Part shown: piece by piece, positions 9,181-17,487 of the stretch
Numbering within the stretch: position 1 is the stretch's first letter
How the letters are laid out: every line of letters starts with the position of its first letter
Source: an uncultured Phycisphaeraceae bacterium
Lineage (GTDB): Bacteria > Planctomycetota > Phycisphaerae > Phycisphaerales > UBA1924
Reading direction: 5' to 3'
DNA length: 51,569 nucleotides
Assembly (NCBI GenBank): GCA_964500365.1
Contig: CAZCPB010000002.1
Span: 1-51,569, forward strand
Position numbers and translations under genes: made by a program
The notes under the pieces: generated by a model
What the model was told of the DNA's origin: nothing
Database searches by the model: none
What the model saw: the letters and a program-made list of their open reading frames with translations, nothing else

Positions 9181-9777
9181 ATGAACCCGGGCGCGAATCA
9201 CGAACGGCCCGAGCCCTGGGCGGCCCCGATCCTCACGATCGGTTACGGCAACACGCGGAACGCCGCCGGGCTTTGCGAAGTGCTTCAGCGCCACGGCGTC
9301 CGCACGCTGATCGATGTGCGATCGGTGCCGTTCTCGCGCCGCCGTCGCGAGTTCTCGCGCGAATCGCTCGAAGCGACGCTGCGGGCCGCGGGCCTGGCCT
9401 ACCGCTGGATGGGCGACACGCTGGGCGGGAAGCCCGACGACCCCGCGTGCCGCACCGATGGCGAGATCGACTACGGCAAGATCAGTACCCGGCCGTGGTT
9501 CCAGCGCGGGGTCGGGGAACTCGAGGGGGCGCGGCGCGCCGGCGAGCGTCCGGCGATCATGTGCGCGGAACTGGCGCCCGAGCGCTGCCACCGCGCGTGG
9601 CTGGTGGCCGAGGCCCTGATCGCGCGGGGTGTGCCCGTCGAGCACATCGACGCGGACGACTCGTTGGTCTCCCACGAAGCCGTCAAGCACCGGGCGACAC
9701 GGGGCCAGCGCGCGCTGTTCGTGGACCCCGGAGGAACATCCCTTCCGGGAGGCGTGGAGAAGCCTCAAGCCGATTGA
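9181..9777 (+). CDS. DUF488 domain protein
   Basis: 'ILTIGYGNT', 'LIDVRSVPFSRRRREF' and 'MCAELAPERCHR' match my recollection of the DUF488 family pattern. Confidence 0.75.
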   Translation: MNPGANHERPEPWAAPILTIGYGNTRNAAGLCEVLQRHGVRTLIDVRSVPFSRRRREFSRESLEATLRAAGLAYRWMGDTLGGKPDDPACRTDGEIDYGKISTRPWFQRGVGELEGARRAGERPAIMCAELAPERCHRAWLVAEALIARGVPVEHIDADDSLVSHEAVKHRATRGQRALFVDPGGTSLPGGVEKPQAD

Positions 9778-9802
9778 ACCGCCGTCGTGCGGCCGGACAC
9801 CC

Positions 9803-10891
9803 TCACGCGCCCGCGAGCGCGCGTCTCCCGAAGTCGAGCCCCATCGACTTCTTGGCCAGGTGCAGCGTCTCCTCCGCCACCGCGTTCGCGCGCTTCACGC
9901 CGTCCCGGATGACGTCCATCACGATCGCGTCCCCGCGCTCGCCGTCCAACTCGGCCCGACGCGCCCGCATCGGCTCGAGCAGCGCGTTGATCGCCTCCCC
10001 CAGTTCGGCCTTCACGTGCCCGTCCCCGATGTTGTCCCCCGCGCCGTACCGCCGCTTGATCTCCTCGGCGCGCTTGTATCCCTCATCGCCCGCGCCCCCG
10101 ATGAACGCGTCCACGTACTGCATCAGGATGTTGCCCACATCGCCGGGCTCGGTCGGGCTTTGGCGGCCGGTCGTGATCTTGTTGATCTTCTTCTGCACCG
10201 TCTTTGCGTCGTCGTACAGGAAGATCGCGTTGCCGAGGCTCTTGCTCATCTTGTTCTTGCCGTCGAGGCCCACGAGGCGCGCGACCCGCCCGACCTTGGC
10301 CTTCGGGATCGGGAACAGGCCCCCGGCCTTCACGTGCTCCTCGGGCACCACGCGGTTCCCGACCCCGCAGTAGAGCTGGTTGAACTTCAGCGCCACATCG
10401 CGGCACATCTCGATGTGGGCTTCCTGGTCCTCCCCCACCGGCACCAGTTCCGGCCTGAACGTCAGGATGTCCGCGCACTGCCCCACCGCGTACATCGGGA
10501 ACCCGAAGGAGTGGCTCTCGCCCAGGCCCTTGGTCTCGATCTCGGTCTTGAGCGTCGGGTTCCGCATCACCTTGTTGAAGGGCAGGAGCATCGCAAAGAG
10601 GAACGTCAGCTCCGCGATCGCGGGGACCTCGCTCTGGAGCACGAACGTCGAACGCTGCGGGTCGAGCCCGACCGCCAGCCAGTCCTTCACGATCCCGATC
10701 GTGTTCGCGCGGACCTCCTGCGGCTTCTCGGCCAGCGTCGTGAACGCGTGCACGTTGGCGATGAGGAAGTAGCAGTCGTACTGGTCCTGGAGCCGCAGCC
10801 TGTTCTCGAGCGAACCGACGTAGTGGCCGAGGTGAAGGCCCGTGTGCGTGGGCGTGTCGCCGGTCAGGATTCGCGGCTTGGTCGTGCTCAT
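9803..10891 (-). CDS. trpS: tryptophan--tRNA ligase
   Basis: Class I signatures: 'TGLHLGHYVG' (HIGH-like) and 'KMSKSLGN' (KMSKS). The ATG at 10891 (MSTTKPRILTGDTPT) is preferred over the TTG track start at 10900. Confidence 0.9.
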   Translation of the reverse strand: MSTTKPRILTGDTPTHTGLHLGHYVGSLENRLRLQDQYDCYFLIANVHAFTTLAEKPQEVRANTIGIVKDWLAVGLDPQRSTFVLQSEVPAIAELTFLFAMLLPFNKVMRNPTLKTEIETKGLGESHSFGFPMYAVGQCADILTFRPELVPVGEDQEAHIEMCRDVALKFNQLYCGVGNRVVPEEHVKAGGLFPIPKAKVGRVARLVGLDGKNKMSKSLGNAIFLYDDAKTVQKKINKITTGRQSPTEPGDVGNILMQYVDAFIGGAGDEGYKRAEEIKRRYGAGDNIGDGHVKAELGEAINALLEPMRARRAELDGERGDAIVMDVIRDGVKRANAVAEETLHLAKKSMGLDFGRRALAGA

Positions 10892-10948
10892 GGGCACCAA
10901 GCGTAGGGACGCGATCGCGCCCGGCTGCGCGCCGGCGCTCGGGAACGC

Positions 10949-11800
10949 TCAGAGCACGGCCGCGAGCCATACGTTGAGCGCGTTGAACGCGATGTGCATC
11001 ACGATCGGCACCCCCAGGCTTTTCGTCCGCTCGTACGCCACGCCCAGCGCCGCGCCCAGCACGATGAGCGTCGGCATCGCGTACCACTCGACCGCCCCCG
11101 CGTGGCTCAGCCCGAAGACGACCGACGAGCCCGCGATCGCCCACCACGCCCGCCCGGTGGCCTGAAGGATGGCGGTCTGCAGCATGACCCGGTAGAGCAC
11201 CTCTTCGACGATCGGGGCCCCCAGCACCGCCGCGCCGAGCTGAACCCAGACCCAGGGGTCTCCGGGCGCCGCGCGCATCGCCTCCAGCGTTTCGTGGGCC
11301 ACCTCGGGCGGCGTGCGCGACGTTACAAGGCGGTAGAGCACAACGCACGCGACGTTCACAGCCTGCACGAACGGCAACGCCGCGGCAAGGGCGACAAGCC
11401 CGAGCAAGGCATCGCTCGGCCGGGCCCCCAGCCAGCGGGGCGCCCCCTCCCCATGCCTGAACCATTTTCGCATGAACACGACGAGCGCAATCGCGGCCGA
11501 TCCGGCCACCAAGTATGCGCCAAGCGCCGCGATCCCGCGCGTCCGCGCGCTCTCGGGCGCCTCGCCCGGGTCAGGCCCGGCGATACCGGCCATCGCAAGA
11601 GCGGTCGCGGCCCCGAAGATCATCGAACAAAAAATTACCACCCCGCACACGACCCAGAGCAGCCACGGCACCGGCGGCAGTTCCCGCCCGCGCCCTCCCG
11701 CGAAGGCGTCGGCGCGAAGGACACCGCTCCGCCGCAGCAGCCACGCCGACAGCGGCAGCCCGAGCACCGGCAGCCACGTCACCAGGCCGGGAGACAACAT
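10949..11800 (-). CDS. CPBP family intramembrane glutamic endopeptidase
   Basis: 'APIVEEVLYRVML' (EExxxR), 'FGLSH' and 'MHIAFN' motifs, with multiple TM helices. The start is uncertain. ATG at 11800 is used here. A GTG at 11971 would give an extra N-terminal TM helix and an 8-nt divergent overlap with trpC. Confidence 0.7.
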   Translation of the reverse strand: MLSPGLVTWLPVLGLPLSAWLLRRSGVLRADAFAGGRGRELPPVPWLLWVVCGVVIFCSMIFGAATALAMAGIAGPDPGEAPESARTRGIAALGAYLVAGSAAIALVVFMRKWFRHGEGAPRWLGARPSDALLGLVALAAALPFVQAVNVACVVLYRLVTSRTPPEVAHETLEAMRAAPGDPWVWVQLGAAVLGAPIVEEVLYRVMLQTAILQATGRAWWAIAGSSVVFGLSHAGAVEWYAMPTLIVLGAALGVAYERTKSLGVPIVMHIAFNALNVWLAAVL

Positions 11801-11963
11801 TCCCCCTTCGGCGCTTTGTGCCTCAACCTGAGCCCCCGGAACCGGCCCGCCCGGCACGGCCTCCGCGCCGGCGGCCGGAACGGGGCGCTCGACGGGAGCG
11901 CCGCCCGGATTCGCCGTCACCGGCCCCGCGCCGAGCAATGCCCACCCCGCAACAATCACCCCC

Positions 11964-12821
11964 GTGAGCACCGAGATCCCCGCGACCCTCGCCGAGATCC
12001 TCGAGCACAAGCGTGCCGAGGTCGCGCGGGCCAAGTCGACCACGACCTTCGCCGAGCTCGAAGCGATGGTGGCGCAGGAAGAACCGCCCCGGAACTTCTT
12101 CGCGGCCGTGACGCGCCACCCGTACCCGACGCACACGGCGGTGATCGCCGAGGTCAAGCGCCGCAGCCCTTCGGCGGGGCTCATACGGCCCGAGTACGGC
12201 GAGGCGTTCTCCCCGGAGGACATCGCCAGACGGTATCACCAGGCCGGCGCCGCCGCGATTTCCTGCCTCACCGACGAGAAGTTCTTCGGCGGCCACCTGA
12301 CGTTCATCCGGCGGATCAAGGAGGCGGTGCCGCTCCCGGTCCTTCGCAAGGACTTCGTGATCGACCCCTGGCAGCTCTGGGAGAGCCGGGCCCACGGGGC
12401 CGACGCGGTGCTGCTGATCGCCGAGTGCCTCACCGAGGGGCAGCTCCTCGACATGATGATCCTTTCGCAGCAGCTCGGCCTCACGGCCCTGCTCGAAGTG
12501 CACGAGCTCGACAACCTCCTGAAGGTCCGCCCCCACGTCGGGTTCCCCCACCGCAGCTACGGGCTGATCGGGATCAACAACCGCGACCTGTCGAGCATGA
12601 AGACCGATATCAACCACACCCTCCGTCTGGCCGATCTTGTGGAGGACCGCAGCGTACTGGTCAGTGAGTCGGGCATCCGCACGCCCGCCGACCTCGACCG
12701 GCTGCGGGACGTGGGGGTCCGGATCGTGCTCGTCGGAGAGCACCTCATGCGTCATGCCGACCCGGGCGCGGCGTTGGGCGCCCTGCTGGCGCCCGGGAGC
12801 GGTCGCCCCGGCGCGGGATGA
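11964..12821 (+). CDS. trpC: indole-3-glycerol phosphate synthase
   Basis: 'IAEVKRRSPSAG', 'ISCLTDEKFFGG', 'LRKDFVIDPWQ', 'LLEVH', 'IGINNRDL'. GTG start. Confidence 0.9.
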   Translation: MSTEIPATLAEILEHKRAEVARAKSTTTFAELEAMVAQEEPPRNFFAAVTRHPYPTHTAVIAEVKRRSPSAGLIRPEYGEAFSPEDIARRYHQAGAAAISCLTDEKFFGGHLTFIRRIKEAVPLPVLRKDFVIDPWQLWESRAHGADAVLLIAECLTEGQLLDMMILSQQLGLTALLEVHELDNLLKVRPHVGFPHRSYGLIGINNRDLSSMKTDINHTLRLADLVEDRSVLVSESGIRTPADLDRLRDVGVRIVLVGEHLMRHADPGAALGALLAPGSGRPGAG

Positions 12822-12850
12822 CACCCGGGAACGGCACAACGGAGTTCGTG

Positions 12851-14314
12851 ATGCACCGCTACGCACTGCTCAGTCTCGGGATCGCGCTGCTCTCCGCGCA
12901 CGCTCAGCCGCCCGGAGAAGCACCGGCTAAGGACGATCCGCCGGCCGAGACGGCCGACGCGCCGCAGCCCGAGGCGCCGGGCGCCAACCGGCCCGCCGCC
13001 GGCGCGCCGCGCCCGAAAGTCGCAAACGACCCGATGAGCGAACTCGGCGGCTCCGACGAGGCCAAGGCGATCCTGCGCGAGACCCTCGACGCCGTGGCCA
13101 AGGCCAGGACGCTGGTGTTCCACTCGCGCACGACGAACACCGGCTCCCTCGCCGGATACAGCGCCGACACCGTCGCGGTCGTCCGCATGCGCCGCGCCGC
13201 CGACCGGCCCGGCGCGTGGCAGTTGCACGTGACGGGCTCCGGGACGCGCAAGGGCGAGGAAGAGGCGACGAGCATCGACGTCGTGTGGGGGCCGATGGGC
13301 GCGACCTGGCTCGACCACGGCGCCAGGGCGTTGTACGAGCGCCCGACGGCGCAGAGCTCGGTCAAGCTGGTGCAGATGGCGCTGGGCTGCGTGCCCACGC
13401 AGCTGCTCGAGAAGAACAGCTTCTCCCGCGAGACGGGGGCCCTGCACGTGTCGCTCGACGCGACCGAGCGCGTGGACGGGATCGAGTGCCACGTCCTGTC
13501 CTTCAAGGCGCGGAAGGGGAGTTCGACCTCTCGGATCTGGATCGGGGTCTCGGACCGCCTGCCGCGAAAGTTCGAGCGCTCCAACGAGCTCAAGGCGTAC
13601 GCCAACACGACGACGTTCGAGCTCTCCGACCTGCGCGCCAACGAGCCGCTCACCGAGGAGGACTTCCGCGTCGAGCTGCCCGAGGGGTACGAGCGCATCG
13701 CGTCGTGGACCTCGCAGCCCAACGCCCGCAACCCGGCGGCCGTCACGCCGCCGAAGACCACGGCGGCGACCGCCGCGGCCCCGTCGCCCGCGCCGCGGCG
13801 GGCCGAGCCCAGGCCCGCGCCCGCCCCGCTCGCCCCCGACTTCGACCTGCGCACGCCCGACGGAGAGCACTTCACGCTCGCGAAGCTGAGGGGGCGTGTC
13901 GCGGTGCTCTATTTCTGGGGCACGTGGAGCCTTCCTGGGCGGGCCGGGATCGCGGCCCTCCAGGGCATCCTGGAAGAACTGGAGGACCGGAAAGTCCGTA
14001 CGCTCGCGATCGCGGTCCGCGAGCGCGACAAGACCGCCCCCGTCGAGTTCCTCAAGGCCTCGTCCAGCACGGTCACCCCGCTGCTCGACGGCGAGAAGAC
14101 GGCGAGCGCGTACGGTGTGGTCGTCTTCCCCACGTTCGTCGTCCTCGACCGCAACGGGGCCAAGGTCGGCTCCGTCGAGGGCTTCAAGGGCGAGACGACC
14201 GCGGAGGCGGTCCGCGCCCTGATCGACGCGGCCCTGGCGGTCGAGGTGACGGCGGTCGACGTGGAGGTATCCGCCGTCGAAGAAAACCCCGCGATCGCCC
14301 CCGATGGGAACTGA
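12851..14314 (+). CDS. secreted protein with an N-terminal LolA-like/unknown domain and a TlpA-like thioredoxin-fold domain lacking the CXXC motif
   Basis: Signal peptide MHRYALLSLGIALLSAHA, with GGAG 8 nt upstream of the ATG at 12851. The C-terminal region 'FDLRTPDGEHFTLAKLRGRVAVLYFWGTWSLPGR...VFPTFVVLDRNG' aligns with the TlpA/ResA redoxin pattern. An alternative start at 12818 (ATGA) overlaps the trpC stop. Confidence 0.7.
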   Translation: MHRYALLSLGIALLSAHAQPPGEAPAKDDPPAETADAPQPEAPGANRPAAGAPRPKVANDPMSELGGSDEAKAILRETLDAVAKARTLVFHSRTTNTGSLAGYSADTVAVVRMRRAADRPGAWQLHVTGSGTRKGEEEATSIDVVWGPMGATWLDHGARALYERPTAQSSVKLVQMALGCVPTQLLEKNSFSRETGALHVSLDATERVDGIECHVLSFKARKGSSTSRIWIGVSDRLPRKFERSNELKAYANTTTFELSDLRANEPLTEEDFRVELPEGYERIASWTSQPNARNPAAVTPPKTTAATAAAPSPAPRRAEPRPAPAPLAPDFDLRTPDGEHFTLAKLRGRVAVLYFWGTWSLPGRAGIAALQGILEELEDRKVRTLAIAVRERDKTAPVEFLKASSSTVTPLLDGEKTASAYGVVVFPTFVVLDRNGAKVGSVEGFKGETTAEAVRALIDAALAVEVTAVDVEVSAVEENPAIAPDGN

Positions 14315-14394
14315 GCGGTGCCCGCCGCCGCGCCCGGAATGCCCGGTCGTAAACCCGCTTGAGCCCGAAGCACCGCCCGCGTATGCTTTCCCCC

Positions 14395-14451
14395 ATGAAG
14401 CCGGCCTCCTTCACCACGACGACGACCACGACGAACTCTCCCCGCGGGTGA
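14395..14451 (+). CDS. putative Thr-rich leader peptide (MKPASFTTTTTTTNSPRG) upstream of thrS
   Basis: 18-codon ORF with seven consecutive Thr codons (ACC ACG ACG ACG ACC ACG ACG, 14413-14433). It is followed by a GC hairpin and T-run and lies 168 nt upstream of thrS. Confidence 0.5.
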   Translation: MKPASFTTTTTTTNSPRG

Positions 14452-14477
14452 GGCCGGCCCGCACGACGCCCATCATC

Positions 14478-14511
14478 GAACCCGGCCGGCCAGGCCGGGT
14501 TCATCGTTTTT
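14478..14511 (+). terminator. candidate intrinsic terminator/attenuator hairpin in the thrS leader
   Basis: 10-bp stem gaacccggcc (14478-14487) / ggccgggttc (14493-14502), loop ggcca, then atcg and TTTTT (14507-14511). An alternative 8-bp GC pairing exists between ggccggcc at 14452-14459 and at 14484-14491. Confidence 0.5.
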
Positions 14512-14618
14512 GGAGACAGTCGAACCTGCAGCGGGGAAGCGAAACTCTGAGATTCGAGATTGAGACGGAGACTTGACCGACGTTCTCCGTTCAATCACCA
14601 CCCCGCCCCCTATCCGAG

Positions 14619-16919
14619 ATGCCAGACACTGAGACCCCCATGCCCACCATCACCCTTCCCAACGGCGACAAGAAGTCCTTCGACAAGCCCGTGACCGCGC
14701 TCGAGGTCGCGGCGTCGATCGGCGCGGGCCTGGCCAAGGCCGCGATCGGCGCGCGGATCGATCTCGGCGAAGGCCACGGCGCCCAGCTCCGCGACCTCTC
14801 GGCCGTGATCGAGAAGGACGCGGCGCTCGCGATCGTCACTGCGCCCAGGCCGGGGCAGGCGGCGAGCCCGGACGCGCTGTACCTCATGCGCCACTCCGCG
14901 GCGCACGTGATGGCCGAGGCGATCCAGGACGTCATGGGCAAGGACGTGCTGCTGGCGTACGGCCCGCCCACCGAGACCGGCTTCTTCTACGACATGTTCA
15001 TCCCCGAGGGCAAGAAGCTCTCGACCGACCACTTCGAGGCGGTCAACGCACGAATCGCGGAGATCATCGCGGAGAACCGGCCGTTCGTCCGCTACGAGGT
15101 CGTCGCGCGCGACGGCATCGTGAAACTCATGAACGAGGAGAACAAGTACAAGGTCGACAACGCCAACCGCGCGCTGGTGGCCCAGGCCGAGCCGGGCGAG
15201 CGCGAGCGCCTCGCGGCCGAGCTCGACTCGCGCCACAAGATCCGGCGCGAGAACCCGTACGACTCCGCGGGCTGGCTCTCGAAGGAGCCCGCCGTGAACG
15301 GCGCGGTCCTGTCGTTCTACGCGACCGGCCAGCCCGGGAAGAACTGGGAAGACCTCTGCCGCGGCCCGCACGTCCCGAGCACCGGGCGCATCGGGGCGGC
15401 ACGCGTGATGTCGCTGGCCTCGTCCTACTGGCACGGCGACGAGAACTCCGACCGCCTGATCCGCGTCTACGGCACCGCGTTCCCGACCCAGGCCGAGCTC
15501 GACGCCTACCTGCGCCAGCTCGAAGAAGCCAGGGAGCGCGACCACCGCGTCATCGGCAAGCGCCTCAGGCTCTTCCACATCGACGAGGACGTCGGCCAGG
15601 GCCTGATCCTCTGGACCCCGCGCGGCTCGATCATCCGCAAGGAACTCCAGACCTTCATCGGCGCCGAACTCAAGCGCCGGGGCTACACCGAGGTCTTCAC
15701 CCCGCACATCGGCCGGCTCGAGCTCTACAAGACCAGCGGCCACTTCCCCTATTACAAGGACAGCCAGTACCCGCCGATCGTCGAGCGCGACGCGCTCGAA
15801 AAGCTCTGCAAAGAAGGCTCCTCGTGCGCCGAAATGATCAACCGCGTCGAGGGCGTCTCCGCGCGCCTCGCGGCGGGGATCAACGAACGCACCGGCACCC
15901 AGACCATCGCCCCCGAGCGCGTCATGGCCGACGACATGCTCCTGGACGGCTACCTCCTCAGGCCCATGAACTGCCCCCACCACGCCAAGATCTTCGCCAG
16001 CAGCCCCCACTCCTACCGCGACATGCCCGTGCGCCTCGCCGAGTTCGGCACCGTCTACCGCTGGGAGCAGTCGGGCGAACTCAACGGCATGACCCGCGTG
16101 CGCGGCTTCACCCAGGACGATGCGCACCTGTTCTGCACCGAGGAGCAGATCCCCGCCGAGGTCCAGGGCTGCCTCGACATCGTCAAGATCATCTTCGGCA
16201 CCCTGGGCATGAAGGACTACCGCGTCCGCGTCGGCCTCCGCGACCCCGACAGCGCCAAGTACACCGGCGCCAAGGAATCCTGGGACAAGGCCGAGGCCGC
16301 GTGCATCGCCGCCGCCGAATCCCTCGGCGTCTCCTTCTCAAAGGAACCCGGGGAGGCCGCTTTCTACGGGCCCAAGATCGACTTCGTCGTCAAGGACGTC
16401 ATCGGTCGCGAGTGGCAGCTCGGCACCGTGCAGGTCGATTACCAGATGGGCAACCGCTTCGATCTCTCGTACGTCGGGCCCGACAACAAGCCGCACCGCC
16501 CCGTCGTCATCCACCGCGCGCCCTTCGGGAGCATGGAGCGGTTCTGCGGCGTCCTGATCGAGCACTTCGCGGGCGCCTTCCCCACCTGGCTAAGCCCCGA
16601 GCAGGTGCGCGTGCTGCCCATCAGCGAAAAGAGCAACGAGTACGCGGAGCGGGTCGCCGCGGCACTGCGGGCGGCCAACGTGCGCGTGACCACCGACCTG
16701 GGCAACGACCGCGTGCAGGGGAAGATCAAGGTCGCGGCGGACGAGAAGATCCCGTACATGCTCATCGTCGGGCCGCGCGATGCGGAGCAGAACGCGGTGA
16801 GCGTGCGCGTGCGCGGGACCGAGAAGGACCTGGGGTCGATGCCGCTGCACAACTTTGTGGAAGCGATTACTGCGGAAATCAACGATCGGCGCGCGACGTT
16901 GAGTGTGCGACCAGGCTGA
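14619..16919 (+). CDS. thrS: threonine--tRNA ligase
   Basis: N-terminal TGS domain 'ITLPNGDKKSFDKPVTALEVA', editing-domain 'RHSAAHVMAEA', class II core 'RPMNCPHH', 'YRWEQSGELNGMTRVRGFTQDDAHLFC', 'HRAPFGSMERF', and an anticodon-binding tail. The start may instead be the second ATG at 14640 (MPTITLP). Confidence 0.95.
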   Translation: MPDTETPMPTITLPNGDKKSFDKPVTALEVAASIGAGLAKAAIGARIDLGEGHGAQLRDLSAVIEKDAALAIVTAPRPGQAASPDALYLMRHSAAHVMAEAIQDVMGKDVLLAYGPPTETGFFYDMFIPEGKKLSTDHFEAVNARIAEIIAENRPFVRYEVVARDGIVKLMNEENKYKVDNANRALVAQAEPGERERLAAELDSRHKIRRENPYDSAGWLSKEPAVNGAVLSFYATGQPGKNWEDLCRGPHVPSTGRIGAARVMSLASSYWHGDENSDRLIRVYGTAFPTQAELDAYLRQLEEARERDHRVIGKRLRLFHIDEDVGQGLILWTPRGSIIRKELQTFIGAELKRRGYTEVFTPHIGRLELYKTSGHFPYYKDSQYPPIVERDALEKLCKEGSSCAEMINRVEGVSARLAAGINERTGTQTIAPERVMADDMLLDGYLLRPMNCPHHAKIFASSPHSYRDMPVRLAEFGTVYRWEQSGELNGMTRVRGFTQDDAHLFCTEEQIPAEVQGCLDIVKIIFGTLGMKDYRVRVGLRDPDSAKYTGAKESWDKAEAACIAAAESLGVSFSKEPGEAAFYGPKIDFVVKDVIGREWQLGTVQVDYQMGNRFDLSYVGPDNKPHRPVVIHRAPFGSMERFCGVLIEHFAGAFPTWLSPEQVRVLPISEKSNEYAERVAAALRAANVRVTTDLGNDRVQGKIKVAADEKIPYMLIVGPRDAEQNAVSVRVRGTEKDLGSMPLHNFVEAITAEINDRRATLSVRPG

Positions 16920-17487
16920 CCGCTTGGAGACTCTCGGACCGCTCAGTGAGGCGTAGGTTAGAATCCCGCAAACGTAGAACACGTTCGGATCTCGGTGACT
17001 GCGCCGAACCGCGCGGCGCGCACGCGAGTCGCTACGGCTCCGCACGTCAGCGGCCCGTATCATTCCGTCATGGTGGCATGAGGATTAGACTGAGGCTGTC
17101 CTGCAGTTCGTCGGGGTATCGGAGGCTCGCTGCGTTCAGGCTCGGAACCCGCGCAGCGGGTGTCATGCCGGTAGCCTCGGGTGGAGCGAGTCTTCGAGCG
17201 CAACCCGTGGAGCGCGGCCGCCCATCATCTCTCTTGCCTTGTTCGTCCGAGTCCGCGCAGCGGACGACTGCCGCTCGCGGGCGCACCGCGCGACGACGGC
17301 GATCACACGCCGAGCGGGTTCAGAGGATGGACACCGGCGCTCCCCGGGCTTGCTCGCGGACTCGCCGCGCCCGGGGCTAACCGCGGCCCGACCGCTGCGC
17401 GGGCTCAAAGCATCCCGACATTCGAGAGTGCGCTCGCACTCTTGATCTGCCGTCAAGTGCTACCCCGCTTCCGCTACACTCCGCCCC

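Noticed and set aside
9126-10906. Two long plus-strand ORFs (9126..10373 and 9629..10906) across the DUF488 and trpS region
   Set aside because: They are out of frame with, or antisense to, the DUF488 and TrpRS genes, both of which carry diagnostic motifs. Their composition is low-complexity.
10994-12667. 557-aa plus-strand ORF
   Set aside because: It is antisense to the CPBP protease gene and out of frame with trpC. The translation is Arg/Pro/His-rich junk.
14413-14433. The ACG/ACC run as a plain trinucleotide microsatellite, or as a poly-Val stretch on the minus-strand ORF 14184..14594
   Set aside because: The minus-strand ORF has no start context or protein-like sequence. I cannot fully exclude the microsatellite explanation. 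Still, the run sits in a short ATG-to-TGA frame directly upstream of thrS and of a hairpin and T-run, which I judge more consistent with a leader peptide. It is therefore kept as a finding, with this caveat.
14610-16127. 505-aa minus-strand ORF opposite thrS
   Set aside because: It is antisense to a gene with complete ThrRS motifs. The composition (Gly/Ala/Val/Arg/Asp repeats) is not protein-like.
16950-16975. 'aggttagaatcccgc', resembling a tRNA T-arm (GGTTCGAATCC)
   Set aside because: The flanking bases cannot form the 5-bp T stem. No acceptor, D or anticodon arms can be drawn around it. I could build no tRNA anywhere in the window.
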